From: Nemertoderma westbladi | Taxonomy: Eukaryota; Animalia; Xenacoelomorpha | Assembly: GCA_032718475.1 (NCBI GenBank) | Contig: JAUCBJ010003075.1 | Location: forward strand, 1,656-65,655 | DNA: 64,000 nucleotides | Reading direction: 5' to 3' | Shown: piece after piece, positions 30,001 through 45,000 of the stretch | Layout of the letters: the number at the start of each line of letters is the position of its first letter | Position numbering within the stretch: the first letter of the stretch is position 1 | Program-made: the position numbers and the translations under genes | Notes under the pieces: model-generated | Told to the model about the DNA's origin: nothing | Seen by the model: only the letters and a program-made list of their open reading frames with translations | Databases searched by the model: none

Positions 30001-33000
30001 CTGGAGACGGAACAGTGTCGCTTACCTGCGTTGTAACTGATACGGAACTGTGTCGCTTACCTGTGTTGTAACTGGTTACGGAACAGTGTCGCTTACCTGT
30101 GTTGTAACTATGGAGACGGAACAGTGTCGCTTACCTGTGTTGTAACTGATACGGAACAGTGTCGCTTACCTGTGTTGTAACTGGTTACGGAACAGTGTCG
30201 CTTACCTGTGTTGTAACCGATACGGAACAGTGTCGCTTACCTGTGTTGTAACTGGAGACGGAACAGTGTCGCTTACCTGTGTTGTAACTATGGAGACGGA
30301 ACAGTGTCGCTTACCTGTGTTGTAACCGATACGGAACAGTGTCGCTTACCTGTGTTGTAACTGGAGACGGAACAGTGTCGCTTACCTACGTTGTAACTGA
30401 TACGGAACAGTGTCGCTTACCTACGTTGTAACCGATACGGAACAGTGTCGCTTACCTACGTTGTAACTGGAGACGGAACAGTGTCGCTTACCTGTGTTGT
30501 AACTGGATACGGAACAGTGTCGCTTACCTGTGTTGTAACCGATACGGAACAGTGTCGCTTACCTACGTTGTAACCAATACGGAACAGTGTCGCTTACCTA
30601 CGTTGTAACCGATACGGAACAGTGTCGCTTACCTGTGTTGTAACTGGTTTCGGAACAGTGTCGCTTACCTGTGTTGTTACTGGTTTACGGAACAGTGTCT
30701 CTTACCTGTGTTGTAACTGGAGACGGAACAGTGTCGCTTACCTGCGTTGTAACTGATACGGAACTGTGTCGCTTACCTGCGTTGTAACTGGTTACGGAAC
30801 AGTGTCGCTTACCTGTGTTGTAACTGGAGACGGAACAGTGTCGCTTACCTACGTTGTAACCGATACGGAACAGTGTCGCTTACCTGTGTTGTAACTGGAG
30901 ACGGAACAGTGTCGCTTACCTGCGTTGTAACTGATACGGAACTGTGTCGCTTACCTGTGTTGTAACTGGTTACGGAACAGTGTCGCTTACCTGTGTTGTA
31001 ACTATGGAGACGGAACAGTGTCGCTTACCTGTGTTGTAACTGGAGACGGAACAGTGTCGCTTACCTGTGTTGTAACTGGAGACGGAACAGTGTCGCTTAC
31101 CTGTGTTGTAACCGATACGGAACAGTGTCGCTTACCTGTGTTGTAACTGGAGACGGAACAGTGTCGCTTACCTGTGTTGTAACTATGGAGACGGAACAGT
31201 GTCGCTTACCTGTGTTGTAACCGATACGGAACAGTGTCGCTTACCTGTGTTGTAACTGGAGACGGAACAGTGTCGCTTACCTACGTTGTAACTGATACGG
31301 AACAGTGTCGCTTACCTACGTTGTAACCGATACGGAACAGTGTCGCTTACCTACGTTGTAACCGATACGGAACAGTGTCGCTTACCTACGTTGTAACTGG
31401 AGACGGAACAGTGTCGCTTACCTGTGTTGTAACTGGATACGGAACAGTGTCGCTTACCTGTGTTGTAACTGATACGGAACAGTGTCGCTTACCTGTGTTG
31501 TAACTATGGAGACGGAACAGTGTCGCTTACCTGTGTTGTAACTGATACGGAACAGTGTCGCTTACCTGTGTTGTAACTGATACGGAACAGTGTCGCTTAC
31601 CTGTGTTGTAACTATGGAGACGGAACAGTGTCGCTTACCTGTGTTGTAACTGGAGACGGAACAGTGTCGCTTACCTACGTTGTAACCGATACGGAACTGT
31701 GTCGCTTACCTGTGTTGTAACTATGGAGACGGAACAGTGTCGCTTACCTGTGTTGTAACTGGAGACGGAACAGTGTCGCTTACCTGTGTTGTAACTATGG
31801 AGACGGAACAGTGTCGCTTACCTGTGTTGTAACTGGAGACGGAACAGTGTCGCTTACCTGTGTTGTAACTATGGAGACGGAACAGTGTCGCTTACCTACG
31901 TTGTAACTGGAGACGGAACAGTGTCGTTTACCTGTGTTGTAACTGGATACGGAACAGTGTCGCTTACCTACGTTGTAACTGGAGACGGAACAGTGTCGCT
32001 TATCTGTGTTGTAACTGGAGACGGAACAGTGTCGCTTACCTGTGTTGTAACTGATACGGAACAGTGTCGCTTACCTACGTTGTAACCGATACGGAACAGT
32101 GTCGCTTACCTACGTTGTAACCGATACGGAACAGTGTCGCTTACCTGTTTTGTAACTGGAGACGGAACAGTGTCGCTTACCTACGTTGTAACCGATACGG
32201 AACAGTGTCGCTTACCTGTGTTGTAACTGATACGGAACAGTGTCGCTTACCTGTGTTGTAACTGGAGACGGAACAGTGTCGCTTACCTACGTTGTAACCG
32301 ATACGGAACAGTGTCGCTTACCTGTGTTGTAACTGGATACGGAACAGTGTCGCTTACCTACGTTGTAACCGATACGGAACAGTGTCGCTTACCTACGTTG
32401 TAACCGATACGGAACAGTGTCGCTTACCTACGTTGTAACCGATACGGAACAGTGTCGCTTACCTACGTTGTAACCGATACGGAACAGTGTCGCTTACCTA
32501 CGTTGTAACCGATACGGAACAGTGTCGCTTACCTACGTTGTAACCGATACGGAACAGTGTCGCTTACCTACGTTGTAACCGATACGGAACAGTGTCGCTT
32601 ACCTGTGTTGTAACTGGATACGGAACAGTGTCGCTTACCTGTGTTGTAACTATGGAGACGGAACAGTGTCGCTTACCTGTGTTGTAACTGGAGACGGAAC
32701 AGTGTCGCTTACCTGTGTTGTAACTATGGAGACGGAACAGTGTCGCTTACCTGTGTTGTAACTGGAGACGGAACAGTGTCGCTTACCTGTGTTGTAACTG
32801 GAGACGGAACAGTGTCGCTTACCTGTGTTGTAACTGATACGGAACAGTGTCGCTTACCTGTGTTGTAACTGGTTACGGAACAGTGTCGCTTACCTGTGTT
32901 GTAACTGATACGGAACAGTGTCGCTTACCTGTGTTGTAACTGGAGACGGAACAGTGTCGCTTACCTGTGTTGTTACTGGTTTACGGAACTGTGTCGCTTA

Positions 33001-36000
33001 CCTGTGTTGTAACTGGAGACGGAACAGTGTCGCTTACCTGTGTTGTAACTGGAGACGGAACAGTGTCGCTTACCCCTGTGTTGTAACTGAGGCGGAACAG
33101 TGTCGCTTACCTGTGTTGTAACTGGAGACGGAACAGTGTCGCTTACCTGTGTTGTAACCGATACGGAACAGTGTCGCTTACCTGTGTTGTAACTATGGAG
33201 ACGGAACAGTGTCGCTTACCTGTGTTGTAACTGGAGACGGAACAGTGTCGCTTACCTGTGTTGTAACTGGAGACGGAACAGTGTCGCTTACCTGTGTTGT
33301 AACTGATACGGAACAGTGTCGCTTACCTACGTTGTAACTGATACGGAACAGTGTCGCTTACCTACGTTGTAACCGATACGGAACAGTGTCGCTTACCTGT
33401 GTTGTAACTGGAGACGGAACAGTGTCGCTTACCTGTGTTGTTACTGGTTTACGGAACTGTGTCGCTTACCTGTGTTGTAACTGGAGACGGAACAGTGTCG
33501 CTTACCTGTGTTGTAACTGGAGACGGAACAGTGTCGCTTACCCCTGTGTTGTAACTGAGGCGGAACAGTGTCGCTTACCTGTGTTGTAACTGGAGACGGA
33601 ACAGTGTCGCTTACCTACGTTGTAACCGATACGGAACAGTGTCGCTTACCTGTGTTGTAACTGGAGACGGAACAGTGTCGCTTACCTACGTTGTAACTGG
33701 ATACGGAACTGTGTCGCTTACCTGTGTTGTAACTGATACGGAACAGTGTCGCTTACCTGTGTTGTAACTGATACGGAACAGTGTCGCTTACCTGTGTTGT
33801 AACTGGAGACGGAACAGTGTCGCTTACCTGTGTTGTAACTGGAGACGGAACAGTGTCGCTTACCTGTGTTGTAACTGATACGGAACAGTGTCGCTTACCT
33901 GTGTTGTAACTGGAGACGGAACAGTGTCGCTTACCTGTGTTGTAACTGGAGACGGAACAGTGTCGCTTACCTGTGTTGTAACTGGAGACGGAACAGTGTC
34001 GCTTACCTGTGTTGTAACTGGAGACGGAACAGTGTCGCTTACCTGTGTTGTTACTGGAGACGGAACAGTGTCGCTTACCTGTGTTGTAACTGGAGACGGA
34101 ACAGTGTCGCTTACCTGTGTTGTAACTGATACGGAACAGTGTCGCTTACCTGTGTTGTAACTGATACGGAACAGTGTCGCTTACCTGTGTTGTAACTGGA
34201 GACGGAACAGTGTCGCTTACCTACGTTGTAACCGATACGGAACAGTGTCGCTTACCTGTTTTGTAACTATGGAGACGGAACAGTGTCGCTTACCTGTGTT
34301 GTAACTGATACGGAACAGTGTCGCTTACCTGTGTTGTAACTGGAGACGGAACAGTGTCGCTTACCTACGTTGTAACCGATACGGAACAGTGTCGCTTACC
34401 TGTTTTGTAACTATGGAGACGGAACAGTGTCGCTTACCTGTGTTGTAACTGGAGACGGAACAGTGTCGCTTACCTGTGTTGTAACTGGAGACGGAACAGT
34501 GTCGCTTACCTGTGTTGTAACTGGAGACGGAACAGTGTCGCTTACCTGTGTTGTAACTGGAGACGGAACAGTGTCGCTTACCTGTGTTGTAACTATGGAG
34601 ACGGAACAGTGTCGCTTACCTGTGTTGTAACTGGAGACGGAACAGTGTCGCTTACCTGTGTTGTAACTGGAGACGGAACAGTGTCGCTTACCTGTGTTGT
34701 AACTGATACGGAACAGTGTCGCTTACCTGTGTTGTAACTGGAGACGGAACAGTGTCGCTTACCTACGTTGTAACTGATACGGAACAGTGTCGCTTACCTA
34801 CGTTGTAACCGATACGGAACAGTGTCGCTTACCTGTGTTGTAACTATGGAGACGGAACAGTGTCGCTTACCTGTGTTGTAACTGGAGACGGAACAGTGTC
34901 GCTTACCTGTGTTGTAACCGATACGGAACAGTGTCGCTTACCTGTGTTGTAACTGGAGACGGAACAGTGTCGCTTACCTGTGTTGTAACTGGAGACGGAA
35001 CAGTGTCGCTTACCTGTGTTGTTACTGGAGACGGAACAGTGTCGCTTACCTGTGTTGTAACTGATACGGAACAGTGTCGCTTACCTGTGTTGTAACTGGA
35101 GACGGAACAGTGTCGCTTACCTGTGTTGTAACTGGAGACGGAACAGTGTCGCTTACCTGTGTTGTAACTGATACGGAACAGTGTCGCTTACCTGTGTTGT
35201 AACTGGTTACGGAACAGTGTCGCTTACCTGTGTTGTAACTGATACGGAACAGTGTCGCTTACCTGTGTTGTAACTGGAGACGGAACAGTGTCGCTTACCT
35301 GTGTTGTAACTGGAGACGGAACAGTGTCGCTTACCTGTGTTGTAACTGGAGACGGAACAGTGTCGCTTACCTGTGTTGTTACTGGAGACGGAACTGTGTC
35401 GCTTACCTGTGTTGTAACTGATACGGAACAGTGTCGCTTACCTGTGTTGTAACTGGAGACGGAACAGTGTCGCTTACCTGTGTTGTTACTGGAGACGGAA
35501 CTGTGTCGCTTACCTGTGTTGTAACTGATACGGAACAGTGTCGCTTACCTGTGTTGTAACTGATACGGAACAGTGTCGCTTACCTGTGTTGTAACTGGAG
35601 ACGGAACAGTGTCGCTTACCTGTGTTGTAACTGGAGACGGAACAGTGTCGCTTACCTGTGTTGTAACTGATACGGAACAGTGTCGCTTACCTGTGTTGTA
35701 ACTGGTTACGGAACAGTATCGCTTACCTGTGTTGTAACTGATACGGAACAGTGTCGCTTACCTGTGTTGTAACTGGAGACGGAACAGTGTCGCTTACCTG
35801 TGTTGTTACTGGTTTACGGAACTGTGTCGCTTACCTGTGTTGTAACTGGAGACGGAACAGTGTCGCTTACCTGTGTTGTAACTGATACGGAACAGTGTCG
35901 CTTACCTGTGTTGTAACTGGAGACGGAACAGTGTCGCTTACCTGTGTTGTAACTGGAGACGGAACAGTGTCGCTTACCTGTGTTGTAACTGATACGGAAC

Positions 36001-39000
36001 AGTGTCGCTTACCTGTGTTGTAACTGGTTACGGAACAGTGTCGCTTACCTGTGTTGTAACTGATACGGAACAGTGTCGCTTACCTGTGTTGTAACTGGAG
36101 ACGGAACAGTGTCGCTTACCTGTGTTGTTACTGGTTTACGGAACTGTGTCGCTTACCTGTGTTGTAACTGGAGACGGAACAGTGTCGCTTACCTGTGTTG
36201 TAACTGGAGACGGAACAGTGTCGCTTACCCCTGTGTTGTAACTGAGGCGGAACAGTGTCGCTTACCTGTGTTGTAACTATGGAGACGGAACAGTGTCGCT
36301 TACCTGTGTTGTAACTGGAGACGGAACAGTGTCGCTTACCTGTGTTGTAACCGATACGGAACAGTGTCGCTTACCTGTGTTGTAACTGGAGACGGAACAG
36401 TGTCGCTTACCTGTGTTGTAACTGGTTTACGGAACTGTGTCGCTTACCTGTGTTGTAACTGGAGACGGAACAGTGTCGCTTACCTGTGTTGTAACTGGAG
36501 ACGGAACAGTGTCGCTTACCTGTGTTGTAACTGGAGACGGAACTGTGTCGCTTACCTGTGTTGTAACTATGGAGACGGAACAGTGTCGCTTACCTGTGTT
36601 GTAACTGGAGACGGAACTGTGTCGCTTACCTGTGTTGTAACTATGGAGACGGAACAGTGTCGCTTACCTGTGTTGTAACTGGAGACGGAACAGTGTCGCT
36701 TACCTGTGTTGTAACTGGAGACGGAACAGTGTCGCTTACCTGTGTTGTTACTGGTTTACGGAACTGTGTCGCTTACCTGTGTTGTAACTGGAGACGGAAC
36801 AGTGTCGCTTACCTGTGTTGTAACTGGAGACGGAACAGTGTCGCTTACCCCTGTGTTGTAACTGAGGCGGAACAGTGTCGCTTACCTGTGTTGTTACTGG
36901 TTTACGGAACAGTGTCGCTTACCTGTGTTGTAACTGGAGACGGAACAGTGTCGCTTACCCCTGTGTTGTAACTGAGGCGGAACAGTGTCGCTTACCTGTG
37001 TTGTTACTGGTTTACGGAACAGTGTCGCTTACCTGTGTTGTAACTGGAGACGGAACAGTGTCGCTTACCCCTGTGTTGTAACTGAGGCGGAACAGTGTCG
37101 CTTACCTGTGTTGTTACTGGTTTACGGAACAGTGTCGCTTACCTGTGTTGTTACTGGTTTACGGAACAGTGTCTCTTACCTGTGTTGTAACTGGAGACGG
37201 AACAGTGTCGCTTACCCCTGTGTTGTAACTGGAAACGGAACAGTGTCGCTTACCCCTGTGTTGTAACTGATACGGAACAGTGTCGCTTACCCCTGTGTTG
37301 TTACTGGTTTACGGAACTGTGTCGCTTACCTGTGTTGTAACTGGAGACGGAACAGTGTCGCTTACCTGTGTTGTTACTGGTTTACGGAACAGTGTCGCTT
37401 ACCTGTGTTGTAACTGATACGGAACAGTGTCGCTTACCTGTGTTGTAACTGGAGACGGAACAGTGTCGCTTACCCCTGTGTTGTAACTGGAAACGGAACA
37501 GTGTCGCTTACCCCTGTGTTGTTACTGGTTTACGGAACTGTGTCGCTTACCTGTGTTGTAACTGGAGACGGAACAGTGTCGCTTACCTGTGTTGTTACTG
37601 GTTTACGGAACTGTGTCGCTTACCTGTGTTGTAACTGGAGACGGAACAGTGTCGCTTACCTGTGTTGTTACTGGTTTACGGAACAGTGTCGCTTACCCCT
37701 GTGTTGTAACTGGAAACGGAACAGTGTCGCTTACCCCTGTGTTGTTACTGGTTTACGGAACTGTGTCGCTTACCTGTGTTGTAACTGGAGACGGAACAGT
37801 GTCGCTTACCTGTGTTGTTACTGGTTTACGGAACTGTGTCGCTTACCTGTGTTGTAACTGGAGACGGAACAGTGTCGCTTACCTGTGTTGTTACTGGTTT
37901 ACGGAACAGTGTCGCTTACCTGTGTTGTAACTGATACGGAACAGTGTCGCTTACCTACGTTGTAACCGATACGGAACAGTGTCGCTTACCTGTGTTGTAA
38001 CCGATACGGAACAGTGTCGCTTACCCCTGTGTTGTAACTGGAGACGGAACAGTGTCGCTTACCTGTGTTGTAACTGGAGACGGACCAGTGTCGCTTACCT
38101 ACGTTGTAACCGATACGGAACAGTGTCGCTTACCTGTGTTGTAACTGATACGGAACTGTGTCGCTTACCTGTGTTGTAACTGGAGACGGAACAGTGTCGC
38201 TTACCTGTGTTGTTACTGGTTTACGGAACTGTGTCGCTTACCTGTGTTGTAACTGGAGACGGAACAGTGTCGCTTACCTGTGTTGTTACTGGTTTACGGA
38301 ACAGTGTCGCTTACCTGTGTTGTAACTGGAGACGGAACAGTGTCGCTTACCTGTGTTGTAACTGGAGACGGAACAGTGTCGCTTACCTGTGTTGTAACTG
38401 GTTTACGGAACAGTGTCTCTTACCTGTGTTGTAACTGGAGACGGAACAGTGTCGCTTACCTGTATTGTAACTGATACGGAACTGTGTCGCTTACCTGTGT
38501 TGTAACTGATAAGGAACAGTGTCGCTTACCTGTATTGTAACTGGAGACGGAACAGTGTCGCTTACCTGTGTTGTAACTGGAGACGGAACAGTGTCGCTTA
38601 CCTGTGTTGTAACTGATACGGAACTGTGTCGCTTACCTGTGTTGTTACTGGTTTACGGAACAGTGTCGCTTACCTGTGTTGTAACTGGAGACGGAACAGT
38701 GTCGCTTACCTGTGTTGTAACTGGAGACGGAACAGTGTCGCTTACCTGTGTTGTAACTGGAGACGGAACAGTGTCGCTTACCTGTGTTGTAACTGGAGAC
38801 GGAACAGTGTCGCTTACCTGTGTTGTAACTGATACGGAACTGTGTCGCTTACCTGTGTTGTAACTGGAAACGGAACAGTGTCGCTTACCTGTGTTGTAAC
38901 TGGAGACGGAACAGTGTCGCTTACCTGTGTTGTAACTGGAGACGGAACAGTGTCGCTTACCTGTGTAGTAACTGGAGGTGGAACAGTGTCTCTTACCTGT

Positions 39001-42000
39001 GTTGTAACTGGAGACGGAACAGTGTCGCTTACCTGTGTTGTAACTGGAGACGGAACAGTGTCGCTTACCTGTGTTGTAACTGGAGACGGAACAGTGTCGC
39101 TTACCTGTGTTGTAACTGGAGACGGAACAGTGTCGCTTACCTGTGTTGTAACTGGAGACGGAACAGTGTCGCTTACCTGTGTTGTAACTGGAGACGGAAC
39201 AGTGTCGCTTACCTGTGTTGTAACTGGAGACGGAACAGTGTCGCTTACCTGTGTTGTAACTGGAGACGGAACAGTGTGGCTTACCTGTGTTGTAACTAGA
39301 GACGGAACAGTGTCGCTTACCTGTGTTGTAACTGGAGACGGAACAGTGTCGCTTACCTGTGTTGTAACTGGAGACGGAACAGTGTCGCTTACCTGTGTTG
39401 TAACTGGAGGCGGAACAGTGTCGCTTACCTGTGTTGTAACTATGGAGACGGAACAGTGTCGCTTACCTGTGTTGTAACTGATACGGAACAGTGTCGCTTA
39501 CCTGTGTTGTAACTGGAGACGGAACAGTGTCGCTTACCTGTGTTGTAACTGGAGACGGAACAGTGTCGCTTACCTGTGTTGTAACTGGAGACGGAACAGT
39601 GTCGCTTACCTGTGTTGTAACTGGAGACGGAACAGTGTCGCTTACCTGTGTTGTAACTATGGAGACGGAACAGTGTCGCTTACCTGTGTTGTAACTGGAG
39701 ACGGAACAGTGTCGCTTACCTGTGTTGTAACTGGAGACGGAACAGTGTCGCTTACCTGTGTTGTAACTGATACGGAACAGTGTCGCTTACCTGTGTTGTA
39801 ACTGGAGACGGAACAGTGTCGCTTACCTACGTTGTAACTGATACGGAACAGTGTCGCTTACCTACGTTGTAACCGATACGGAACAGTGTCGCTTACCTGT
39901 GTTGTAACTATGGAGACGGAACAGTGTCGCTTACCTGTGTTGTAACTGGAGACGGAACAGTGTCGCTTACCTGTGTTGTAACCGATACGGAACAGTGTCG
40001 CTTACCTGTGTTGTAACTGGAGACGGAACAGTGTCGCTTACCTGTGTTGTAACTGGAGACGGAACAGTGTCGCTTACCTGTGTTGTTACTGGAGACGGAA
40101 CAGTGTCGCTTACCTGTGTTGTAACTGATACGGAACAGTGTCGCTTACCTGTGTTGTAACTGGAGACGGAACAGTGTCGCTTACCTGTGTTGTAACTGGA
40201 GACGGAACAGTGTCGCTTACCTGTGTTGTAACTGATACGGAACAGTGTCGCTTACCTGTGTTGTAACTGGTTACGGAACAGTGTCGCTTACCTGTGTTGT
40301 AACTGATACGGAACAGTGTCGCTTACCTGTGTTGTAACTGGAGACGGAACAGTGTCGCTTACCTGTGTTGTAACTGGAGACGGAACAGTGTCGCTTACCT
40401 GTGTTGTAACTGGAGACGGAACAGTGTCGCTTACCTGTGTTGTTACTGGAGACGGAACTGTGTCGCTTACCTGTGTTGTAACTGATACGGAACAGTGTCG
40501 CTTACCTGTGTTGTAACTGGAGACGGAACAGTGTCGCTTACCTGTGTTGTTACTGGAGACGGAACTGTGTCGCTTACCTGTGTTGTAACTGATACGGAAC
40601 AGTGTCGCTTACCTGTGTTGTAACTGATACGGAACAGTGTCGCTTACCTGTGTTGTAACTGGAGACGGAACAGTGTCGCTTACCTGTGTTGTAACTGGAG
40701 ACGGAACAGTGTCGCTTACCTGTGTTGTAACTGATACGGAACAGTGTCGCTTACCTGTGTTGTAACTGGTTACGGAACAGTATCGCTTACCTGTGTTGTA
40801 ACTGATACGGAACAGTGTCGCTTACCTGTGTTGTAACTGGAGACGGAAAAGTGTCGCTTACCTGTGTTGTTACTGGTTTACGGAACTGTGTCGCTTACCT
40901 GTGTTGTAACTGGAGACGGAACAGTGTCGCTTACCTGTGTTGTAACTGATACGGAACAGTGTCGCTTACCTGTGTTGTAACTGGAGACGGAACAGTGTCG
41001 CTTACCTGTGTTGTAACTGGAGACGGAACAGTGTCGCTTACCTGTGTTGTAACTGATACGGAACAGTGTCGCTTACCTGTGTTGTAACTGGTTACGGAAC
41101 AGTGTCGCTTACCTGTGTTGTAACTGATACGGAACAGTGTCGCTTACCTGTGTTGTAACTGGAGACGGAACAGTGTCGCTTACCTGTGTTGTTACTGGTT
41201 TACGGAACTGTGTCGCTTACCTGTGTTGTAACTGGAGACGGAACAGTGTCGCTTACCTGTGTTGTAACTGGAGACGGAACAGTGTCGCTTACCCCTGTGT
41301 TGTAACTGAGGCGGAACAGTGTCGCTTACCTGTGTTGTAACTATGGAGACGGAACAGTGTCGCTTACCTGTGTTGTAACTGGAGACGGAACAGTGTCGCT
41401 TACCTGTGTTGTAACCGATACGGAACAGTGTCGCTTACCTGTGTTGTAACTGGAGACGGAACAGTGTCGCTTACCTGTGTTGTAACTGGTTTACGGAACT
41501 GTGTCGCTTACCTGTGTTGTAACTGGAGACGGAACAGTGTCGCTTACCTGTGTTGTAACTGGAGACGGAACAGTGTCGCTTACCTGTGTTGTAACTGGAG
41601 ACGGAACTGTGTCGCTTACCTGTGTTGTAACTATGGAGACGGAACAGTGTCGCTTACCTGTGTTGTAACTGGAGACGGAACTGTGTCGCTTACCTGTGTT
41701 GTAACTATGGAGACGGAACAGTGTCGCTTACCTGTGTTGTAACTGGAGACGGAACAGTGTCGCTTACCTGTGTTGTAACTGGAGACGGAACAGTGTCGCT
41801 TACCTGTGTTGTTACTGGTTTACGGAACTGTGTCGCTTACCTGTGTTGTAACTGGAGACGGAACAGTGTCGCTTACCTGTGTTGTAACTGGAGACGGAAC
41901 AGTGTCGCTTACCTGTGTTGTAACTGGAGACGGAACAGTGTCGCTTACCTGTGTTGTAACTGGAGACGGAACAGTGTGGCTTACCTGTGTTGTAACTAGA

Positions 42001-45000
42001 GACGGAACAGTGTCGCTTACCTGTGTTGTAACTGGAGACGGAACAGTGTCGCTTACCTGTGTTGTAACTGGAGACGGAACAGTGTCGCTTACCTGTGTTG
42101 TAACTGGAGGCGGAACAGTGTCGCTTACCTGTGTTGTAACTATGGAGACGGAACAGTGTCGCTTACCTGTGTTGTAACTGATACGGAACAGTGTCGCTTA
42201 CCTGTGTTGTAACTGGAGACGGAACAGTGTCGCTTACCTGTGTTGTAACTGGAGACGGAACAGTGTCGCTTACCTGTGTTGTAACTGGAGACGGAACAGT
42301 GTCGCTTACCTGTGTTGTAACTGGAGACGGAACAGTGTCGCTTACCTGTGTTGTAACTATGGAGACGGAACAGTGTCGCTTACCTGTGTTGTAACTGATA
42401 CGGGTTGTAACTGGAGACGGAACAGTGTCGCTTACCTGTGTTGTAACTGGAGACGGAACAGTGTCGCTTACCTGTGTTGTAACTGGAGGCGGAACAGTGT
42501 CGCTTACCTGTGTTGTAACTATGGAGACGGAACAGTGTCGCTTACCTGTGTTGTAACTGATACGGAACAGTGTCGCTTACCTGTGTTGTAACTGGAGACG
42601 GAACAGTGTCGCTTACCTGTGTTGTAACTGGAGACGGAACAGTGTCGCTTACCTGTGTTGTAACTGGAGACGGAACAGTGTCGCTTACCTGTGTTGTAAC
42701 TGGAGACGGAACAGTGTCGCTTACCTGTGTTGTAACTATGGAGACGGAACAGTGTCGCTTACATGTGTTGTAACTGGAGACGGAACAGTGTCGGTTACCT
42801 GTGTTGTAACTGATACGGAACAGTGTCGCTTACCTGTGTTGTAACTGATACGGAACAGTGTCGCTTACCTGTGTTGTAACTGGAGACGGAACAGTGTCGC
42901 TTACCTGTGTTGTAACTGGAGACGGAACAGTGTCGCTTACCTGTGTTGTAACTGGAGACGGAACAGTGTCGCTTACCTGTGTTGTAACTATGGAGACGGA
43001 ACAGTGTCGCTTACCTGTGTTGTAACTGATACGGAACAGTGTCGCTTACCTGTGTTGTAACTGGAGACGGAACAGTGTCGCTTACCTGTGTTGTAACTAT
43101 GGAGACGGAACAGTGTCGCTTACCTGTGTTGTAACTGATACGGAACAGTGTCGCTTACCTGTGTTGTAACTGGAGACGGAACAGTGTCGCTTATCTGTGT
43201 TGTAACTGGAGACGGAACAGTGTCGCTTACCTGTGTTGTAACTGGAGACGGAACAGTGTCGCTTACCTGTGTTGTAACTGGAGACGGAACAGTGTCGCTT
43301 ACCTGTGTTGTAACTATGGAGACGGAACAGTGTCGCTTACCTGTGTTGTAACTGATACGGAACAGTGTCGCTTACCTGTGTTGTAACTGGAGACGGAACA
43401 GTGTCGCTTACCTGTGTTGTAACTGGAGACGGAACAGTGTCGCTTACCTGTGTTGTAACTGGAGACGGAACAGTGTCGCTTACCTGTGTTGTAACTGGAG
43501 ACGGAACAGTGTCGCTTACCTGTGTTGTAACTGGAGACGGAACAGTGTCGCTTATCTGTGTTGTAACTGGAGACGGAACAGTGTCGCTTACCTGTGTTGT
43601 AACTGGAGACGGAACAGTGTCGCTTACCTGTGTTGTAACTGGAGACGGAACAGTGTCGCTTACCTGTGTTGTAACTATGGAGACGGAACAGTGTCGCTTA
43701 CCTGTGTTGTAACTGATACGGAACAGTGTCGCTTACCTGTGTTGTAACTGGAGACGGAACAGTGTCGCTTACCTGTGTTGTAACTATGGAGACGGAACAG
43801 TGTCGCTTACCTGTGTTGTAACTGATACGGAACAGTGTCGCTTACCTGTGTTGTAACTGGAGACGGAACAGTGTCGCTTATCTGTGTTGTAACTGGAGAC
43901 GGAACAGTGTCGCTTACCTGTGTTGTAACTGGAGACGGAACAGTGTCGCTTACCTGTGTTGTAACTGGAGACGGAACAGTGTCGCTTACCTGTGTTGTAA
44001 CTATGGAGACGGAACAGTGTCGCTTACCTGTGTTGTAACTGATACGGAACAGTGTCGCTTACCTGTGTTGTAACTGGAGACGGAACAGTGTCGCTTACCT
44101 GTGTTGTAACTGGAGACGGAACAGTGTCGCTTACCTGTGTTGTAACTGGAGACGGAACAGTGTCGCTTACCTGTGTTGTAACTGGAGACGGAACAGTGTC
44201 GCTTACCTGTGTTGTAACTGGAGACGGAACAGTGTCGCTTATCTGTGTTGTAACTGGAGACGGAACAGTGTCGCTTACCTGTGTTGTAACTGGAGACGGA
44301 ACAGTGTCGCTTACCTGTGTTGTAACTGGAGACGGAACAGTGTCGCTTACCTGTGTTGTAACTATGGAGACGGAACAGTGTCGCTTACCTGTGTTGTAAC
44401 TGATACGGAACAGTGTCGCTTACCTGTGTTGTAACTGGAGACGGAACAGTGTCGCTTACCTGTGTTGTAACTGGAGACGGAACAGTGTCGCTTACCTGTG
44501 TTGTAACTGGAGACGGAACAGTGTCGCTTACCTGTGTTGTAACTGATACGGAACAGTGTCGCTTACCTGTGTTGTAACTGGAGACGGAACAGTGTCGCTT
44601 ACCTACGTTGTAACCAATACGGAACAGTGTCGCTTACCTGTGTTGTAACTAGAGACGGAACAGTGTCGCTTACCTGTGTTGTAACTGGAGACGGAACAGT
44701 GTCGCTTACCTGCGTTGTAACTGATACGGAACAGTGTCGCTTACCTGTGTTGTAACTGGAGACGGAACAGTGTCGCTTACCTGCGTTGTAACTGATACGG
44801 AACAGTGTCGCTTACCTGTGTTGTAACTGGAGACGGAACAGTGTCGCTTACCTACGTTGTAACCAATACGGAACAGTGTCGCTTACCTGTGTTGTAACTA
44901 GAGACGGAACAGTGTCGCTTACCTGTGTTGTAACTGGAGACGGAACAGTGTCGCTTACCTGTGTTGTAACTGGAGACGGAACAGTGTCGCTTACCTGTGT

